Assembly (NCBI RefSeq): GCF_035999205.1
Contig: NZ_DASYHA010000021.1
Coordinates: 39,605-103,604 of the forward strand
DNA: 64,000 nucleotides
Reading direction: 5' to 3'
From: Bosea sp. (in: a-proteobacteria)
GTDB lineage: Bacteria; Pseudomonadota; Alphaproteobacteria; Rhizobiales; Beijerinckiaceae
A program made the position numbers and the translations under genes. Shown here one piece after another: positions 59,802-64,000 of this stretch (its first letter is position 1; each line of letters begins with the position of its first letter). Under the pieces are notes generated by a model that saw only the letters and a list, made by a program, of their open reading frames with translations, did not search any database and had not been told where the DNA came from.

Positions 59802-61208
59802 CTATTCCGCAGCCTCGGAAGCCTTGCCACCGGCCCAGCTTTCCATGTCCGCCTTGGCACGTGCCGTGAGCGCATGCTTGCGCGCGACGCTCTTGGCGGG
59901 GCCCTTCAGCTTCTTGCCGTCGGGGCCGTGCGTGGCCTGGCCCTCGATATGGGGAAACAGGCCGAAATTGATGTTCATCGGCTGGAAGGAGCGCGGCCCC
60001 TCGTCGATGGTGACGATGTGGCCGCCCGTGATGTGGTTGACGAGCGCGCCAAGCGCCGTCGTCGCCGGGGGCAGGTCGAGCTCGCGGCCGAGACGCTCGG
60101 CGGCTGCCATGCGCCCGCTGAGCAGGCCGATCGCGGCGCTCTCGACATAGCCCTCGCAGCCGGTGATCTGGCCGGCGAAGCGCAGGCGCGGCTCAGCCTT
60201 CAGCCGCAGGCGCTCGTCGAGCAGCTTCGGCGAGTTGAGGTAGGTGTTGCGGTGGATGCCGCCGAGGCGGGCGAATTCGGCGTTCTGGAGGCCGGGGATC
60301 ATCCGGAAGATCGCGGCCTGCTCGCCGTATTTCAGCTTGGTCTGGAAGCCTGTCATGTTGAACAGGGTGCCGAGCGCATTGTCCTGCCGTAGCTGGACCA
60401 CGGCATAGGCCTTGACCGTCGGGTTGTGCTTGTTGGTCAGGCCGACGGGCTTCATCGGGCCCCAGCGCAGCGTCTCGCGGCCGCGCTCGGCCATGACCTC
60501 GATCGGCAGGCAGCCGTCGAAATAGGGCGTGCCCTCCCACTCCTTGAACTCGGTCTTCTCGGCCGCGAGCAGCGCGTCGATGAAGGCCTCGTACTGGTCG
60601 CGGTCGAGCGGGCAGTTGATGTAGTCGGCGCCTGTGCCACCGGGGCCGGCCTTGTCGTAGCGCGACTGGAACCAGGCCTGGTCCATATCGATCGAGTCGA
60701 AATGGACGATCGGCGCAATGGCGTCGAAGAAGGCGAGCGAATCCTCTCCGGTGAGCGACTGGATACCCTGAGCCAGCGCCGGCGAGGTGAGGGGGCCGGT
60801 GGCAATGATGACCTTGTCCCATTCCGCAGGCGGCAGGCCCGCGATCTCGCCGCGGTCGATCGTCACGAGCGGATGCGCCTCGAGTGCGGCCGTCACGCTT
60901 TGCGAAAAGCCGTCGCGATCGACGGCCAGCGCGCCGCCAGCCGGAACCTGGTGCGCGTCGCCCTTGGCCATGATCAGCGAATCGAGCCGGCGCATCTCCC
61001 AATGAAGCTGGCCGACCGCGTTGCTGAGCGAATCGTCGGAGCGGAACGAGTTGGAGCAGACGAGCTCGGCGAGGCCTTCTGTCTTGTGGGCATCGGTGCC
61101 GCGGACGGGGCGCATCTCGTGGAGAACGACGGGGACGCCGGCCTGGGCGATTTGCCAGGCGGCTTCGGAGCCGGCGAGACCGCCGCCGATGATGTGAACG
61201 GGTTCCAT
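59802..61208 (-). CDS. trmFO: Methylenetetrahydrofolate--tRNA-(uracil-5-)-methyltransferase TrmFO
   Basis: 468 aa. Contains [16 protein letters not shown] (FAD), ...[10 protein letters not shown]... and ...[16 protein letters not shown].... Confidence 0.95.
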   Translation of the reverse strand: MEPVHIIGGGLAGSEAAWQIAQAGVPVVLHEMRPVRGTDAHKTEGLAELVCSNSFRSDDSLSNAVGQLHWEMRRLDSLIMAKGDAHQVPAGGALAVDRDGFSQSVTAALEAHPLVTIDRGEIAGLPPAEWDKVIIATGPLTSPALAQGIQSLTGEDSLAFFDAIAPIVHFDSIDMDQAWFQSRYDKAGPGGTGADYINCPLDRDQYEAFIDALLAAEKTEFKEWEGTPYFDGCLPIEVMAERGRETLRWGPMKPVGLTNKHNPTVKAYAVVQLRQDNALGTLFNMTGFQTKLKYGEQAAIFRMIPGLQNAEFARLGGIHRNTYLNSPKLLDERLRLKAEPRLRFAGQITGCEGYVESAAIGLLSGRMAAAERLGRELDLPPATTALGALVNHITGGHIVTIDEGPRSFQPMNINFGLFPHIEGQATHGPDGKKLKGPAKSVARKHALTARAKADMESWAGGKASEAAE

Positions 61209-61261
61209 AGCCTGCGGATGTGTCCGCCGCGGCCCGGAACGTCAAGTGAGACAGGGGCCAG

Positions 61262-61292
61262 AAACGCAAAATGCCCGCCGGGGGGCGGGCAT
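61262..61292 (-). terminator. Rho-independent terminator after the DUF1127 gene
   Basis: On the minus strand: atgcccgcc-cccc-ggcgggcat followed by tttgcgttt. Confidence 0.6.
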
Positions 61293-61381
61293 TCGCTCTA
61301 CAACCGGTCTTCGCGAGGGAGGGGAACGCGAGTCCAGGAGATACTACTTGTAGCCGCGCCCGCTTGCGGAGCGCGACGCCT

Positions 61382-61537
61382 TCAGACGGCAGCGTGGCTG
61401 CGCGCGACGAAGGCGATTTCCGAGCGCGACAGGCCGAGATCGTCGAGCTCGCGGTCGGTCAGACGGGAGAGCTCGCGAACGGTCTCGCGGTAGCGCAGGT
61501 AAGAGCGGATCTTGGCGGCGATCATGGTGACGAACAT
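61382..61537 (-). CDS. DUF1127-domain small protein
   Basis: MFVTMIAAKIRSYLRYRETVRELSRLTDRELDDLGLSRSEI matches the DUF1127 pattern (…L..LSDRELxDIGLxRxxI). The track ORF extends 27 codons upstream, so the start is uncertain. Confidence 0.7.
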   Translation of the reverse strand: MFVTMIAAKIRSYLRYRETVRELSRLTDRELDDLGLSRSEIAFVARSHAAV

Positions 61538-62066
61538 TGTGGCAGTCCTGTTTGAGTTCCGGAGCGGGTCGGTGCCCACAGCGATGAATTCGTTGTGCAC
61601 TGCATATAAGTCAGCCATGCCTGCCCAAATAGGGGCCGTTTGTCAGTTCCGTTATGCGATGGGTGCATGAACCGGCGCCAATGCTGTCATTTTTGGTGTT
61701 TTGCCCGCGCTGAGCGGTTAACGGATCGGTAAGATTCGACTGAAATCTGCCTCGCGAATGGGCAAATCATCTCGCGACTGCGAAAAGAGAAGATCGGCTG
61801 CCCTTCGGATGGGCGATTCAGGCACCCGAGCGGCCTTCAACGGCTCTGGCGAGCCCGAATCGGCTCGATTCGGGGCGTTGCGCTCTTGGTGCGCCGAATG
61901 AGGGTGTGGTTAATGAAGGGTTGGTCCCCCTGGCTGCTCTCACGTGGCTGCGGAGAGCGTGATGCCGGTCCGCACATGCCCTGCCGATCCGTGCGCAGGC
62001 CTGCTGGTGGTGCAGCAATGGTGCCTGATGCCGCAGCGGCCAGCGCCGCGGCATCAGGTCAGGCGG

Positions 62067-62570
62067 TCAGTCGCAGCTTGTGAGCAGCTTCGAGGCCGCG
62101 GTCACGCCGGCGAGCGAGAAGGTGTAGCTGGTCTGGTTGCCGCGTGCGGAGCGCGCTTCCACCTCCATCTCGCGTCCGGCCCGCATCGCGGCGAGCAGCT
62201 CCGGCTCGCGCTCGAGCCGGCGCAGCCAGGCATTGCTGCCCTGCGTCACCATGTGGAAGCTCTCGTCGCCGATCGTCAGCGTGATCTCCGAGCCGCTGGC
62301 GAAGTCGTAGCCGGCCTGCAGGCTCGATTCCGTCGCCTGGGCTCCGTCGCTCGTCTGCACGAAGAAGTGCACGTCGCCATGGCGCAGCGTCGAAGGCTCG
62401 GCGGTGGCGGGCGTCGCGAGGATGTAGCAGCGGCGCTCCGCACCGGCGCCATAGGCTGCCGCGTTCCAGCTGCCGAAGCTGCCGAGCGGCGTCGCCGGGG
62501 CGGCCAGCGCCGGCACCGTTGCGACGAGGGCAAGCAGGGCGCAGGCGGCGCGGGGGGCGAGGTTGGTCAT
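62067..62570 (-). CDS. Secreted protein, possibly invasion-associated locus B (IalB)-like
   Basis: Signal peptide MTNLAPRAACALLALVATVPALAAP. The mature ~140 aa end ...YTFSLAGVTAASKLLTSCD. Family call is by weak resemblance only. Confidence 0.45.
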   Translation of the reverse strand: MTNLAPRAACALLALVATVPALAAPATPLGSFGSWNAAAYGAGAERRCYILATPATAEPSTLRHGDVHFFVQTSDGAQATESSLQAGYDFASGSEITLTIGDESFHMVTQGSNAWLRRLEREPELLAAMRAGREMEVEARSARGNQTSYTFSLAGVTAASKLLTSCD

Positions 62571-62751
62571 ATCGTCTCCTTTCGTCCGAAGCGGGCAGGG
62601 TGGAAAGAAAGGGTTAACGAGGCATGACCGCGGCGCGGCCCTGCGGCACCAGGGCGCAGGCTGGTGGAGGACGTCGCCTTGCCGGAGCGCGACAACAAAA
62701 CGGCCGGCCACAAGGTAGCCGGCCGGTGTCGCGTCGCGATCTTCAGGGCGC

Positions 62752-63585
62752 TCAGCCCTTGATGAAGGCGAGCAGGTCGGGGTTCACCACGTCGGGATGA
62801 GTGGTGCACATGCCGTGCGGCAGGCCCTCATAGACCTTCAGCGTGCCCTTCTTCAGCAGCTTGACCGCGAGCAGGGCCGAGTCGGCGATCGGGACGATCT
62901 GGTCGTCGTCGCCATGCATGACCAGCACGGGGACGTCGATCGCCTTGAGGTCCTCGGTGAAGTCGGTCTCCGAGAAGGCCTTGATGCAGTCGTAATGTGC
63001 CTTGGTGCCGCCCATCATGCCCTGGCGCCACCAGTTGTCGATGACGCCCTGCGAGACCTTCGCGCCATCGCGGTTGAAGCCGTAGAAGGGGCCTGCCGGC
63101 ACGTCGACATAGAACTGCGCGCGGTTGGCGACGAGTGCGGCGCGGAAGCCGTCGAACAGCTCGATCGGCAGGCCGCCGGGGTTCTTCTCCGACTTGACCA
63201 TCACCGGTGGCACGGCGCCGATCAGCACGGCCTTGGCGACGCGACCCTTCTCGGCGCGGGCGACATAATGGGCGACTTCGCCGCCGCCGGTCGAATGGCC
63301 GATATGGATGGCGTTTTTCAGGTCGAGCGCGGCGACGAGCTCGGCGACGTCGGCGGCGTAGGTGTCCATCTCGTTGCCGGTCGCCGTCTGGGTCGAGCGG
63401 CCATGGCCGCGGCGGTCATGAGCGATCACCCGGAAGCCCTTGTCGAGGAAGTAGAGCATCTGGTTGTCCCAGTCGTCGGCGCTGAGCGGCCAGCCATGAT
63501 GGAACACGATCGGCTGCGCGCTCTTGGAACCCCAATCCTTGTAGAAGATCTCGGTGCCGTCCTTGGTGGTGATCGTGCTCATCAT
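62752..63585 (-). CDS. Alpha/beta hydrolase of the non-heme haloperoxidase/arylesterase type
   Basis: [37 protein letters not shown]..., nucleophile elbow GHSTGGG, and ...[11 protein letters not shown].... Start moved to MMSTITT. Confidence 0.85.
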   Translation of the reverse strand: MMSTITTKDGTEIFYKDWGSKSAQPIVFHHGWPLSADDWDNQMLYFLDKGFRVIAHDRRGHGRSTQTATGNEMDTYAADVAELVAALDLKNAIHIGHSTGGGEVAHYVARAEKGRVAKAVLIGAVPPVMVKSEKNPGGLPIELFDGFRAALVANRAQFYVDVPAGPFYGFNRDGAKVSQGVIDNWWRQGMMGGTKAHYDCIKAFSETDFTEDLKAIDVPVLVMHGDDDQIVPIADSALLAVKLLKKGTLKVYEGLPHGMCTTHPDVVNPDLLAFIKG

Positions 63586-63703
63586 CGTATCCCCTTGGCT
63601 TCCGGGCGGCAGGAGCGTCGCCCTTCGATGTGGACGTTGTAGGCTTGCTGCTTCATGCTGGCGCTTGGCGGAACCGACATTGTGCAGCGGCAAAACTGAC
63701 AAG

Positions 63704-64000
63704 ATGACGACAGCCCCGACGATCATCGCCGAAATCGGGATCATCCAATATCCCGACGTTCAGCTAGCGGCGGTCTATGGATTGACCGATCTGTTCCGGA
63801 TCGCCGGCGAGATGAGCGTGGCATGCGGCGGCCCCGAGGCACCGGTGATCCGGGTTTGCCACTGGCGACAGGCGGAGCACGGCACGGGCATCGAGCGCAG
63901 TTTCGACAGCCATCCGGGATCGCCGCACAAGCCCGGCCATCTGATCGCGCCGCCGAGCCTGATCAAGCCCGGCAAGATGCAGCCGATGCAGGGCTTCGCG
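63704..64000 (+). CDS. 5' part of a GlxA-type (DJ-1/PfpI domain + AraC) transcriptional regulator; runs off the window
   Basis: My translation from the ATG at 63704 is [36 protein letters not shown]...HLIAPPSL, open to nt 64000. This is the typical N-terminus of GlxA-family regulators. Divergent from the hydrolase gene. Not in the ORF track because no stop is reached. Confidence 0.55.
   Translation, partial: MTTAPTIIAEIGIIQYPDVQLAAVYGLTDLFRIAGEMSVACGGPEAPVIRVCHWRQAEHGTGIERSFDSHPGSPHKPGHLIAPPSLIKPGKMQPMQGFA

Overview
High-GC (about 67%) chromosomal segment with gene content and order typical of an alphaproteobacterium, probably Hyphomicrobiales/Rhizobiales; that assignment is inferred from synteny and cannot be verified here. 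Most of the window is ordinary housekeeping DNA. It carries mgtE, one tRNA-Leu(GAG), lipB, the two subunits of a methylcrotonoyl-CoA-type carboxylase, panC, argS, nagZ-scpA-scpB, tatABC, serS, surE-pcm-nlpD-like, yajC-secD-secF and trmFO, plus transporters, oxidoreductases and several DUF proteins. I found no rRNA, CRISPR array, transposase, integrase or recognisable phage or defence module, so I cannot point to a clear-cut new system. The most unusual signals are structural. (1) An animal-type heme peroxidase gene with a ~28% GC flank lies between an intact carboxyltransferase gene and a decayed duplicate of that gene's 3' end. (2) A secreted Cys-Ntn (choloylglycine/penicillin-V-acylase family) hydrolase gene is preceded by fused, decayed copies of the 3' ends of both flanking core genes (panC and a DUF1489 gene), joined at a microhomology. 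Both look like scars of gene-cassette acquisition without a visible recombinase. Secondary candidates are a translationally coupled VWA/MIDAS protein plus membrane J-protein (Pam18/DNAJC19-like) pair, and a Tat-exported Kelch protein co-transcribed with a small 4-Cys secreted protein. Others are a lower-GC orphan methyltransferase islet, an orphan FliN-like gene, a two-copy palindromic intergenic repeat family, and a large autotransporter with a (GGN)n linker. Many long ORFs in the six-frame track are antisense or shadow ORFs typical of GC-rich DNA and were not called. Several starts were moved to internal ATG/GTG/TTG codons and remain uncertain by some codons.
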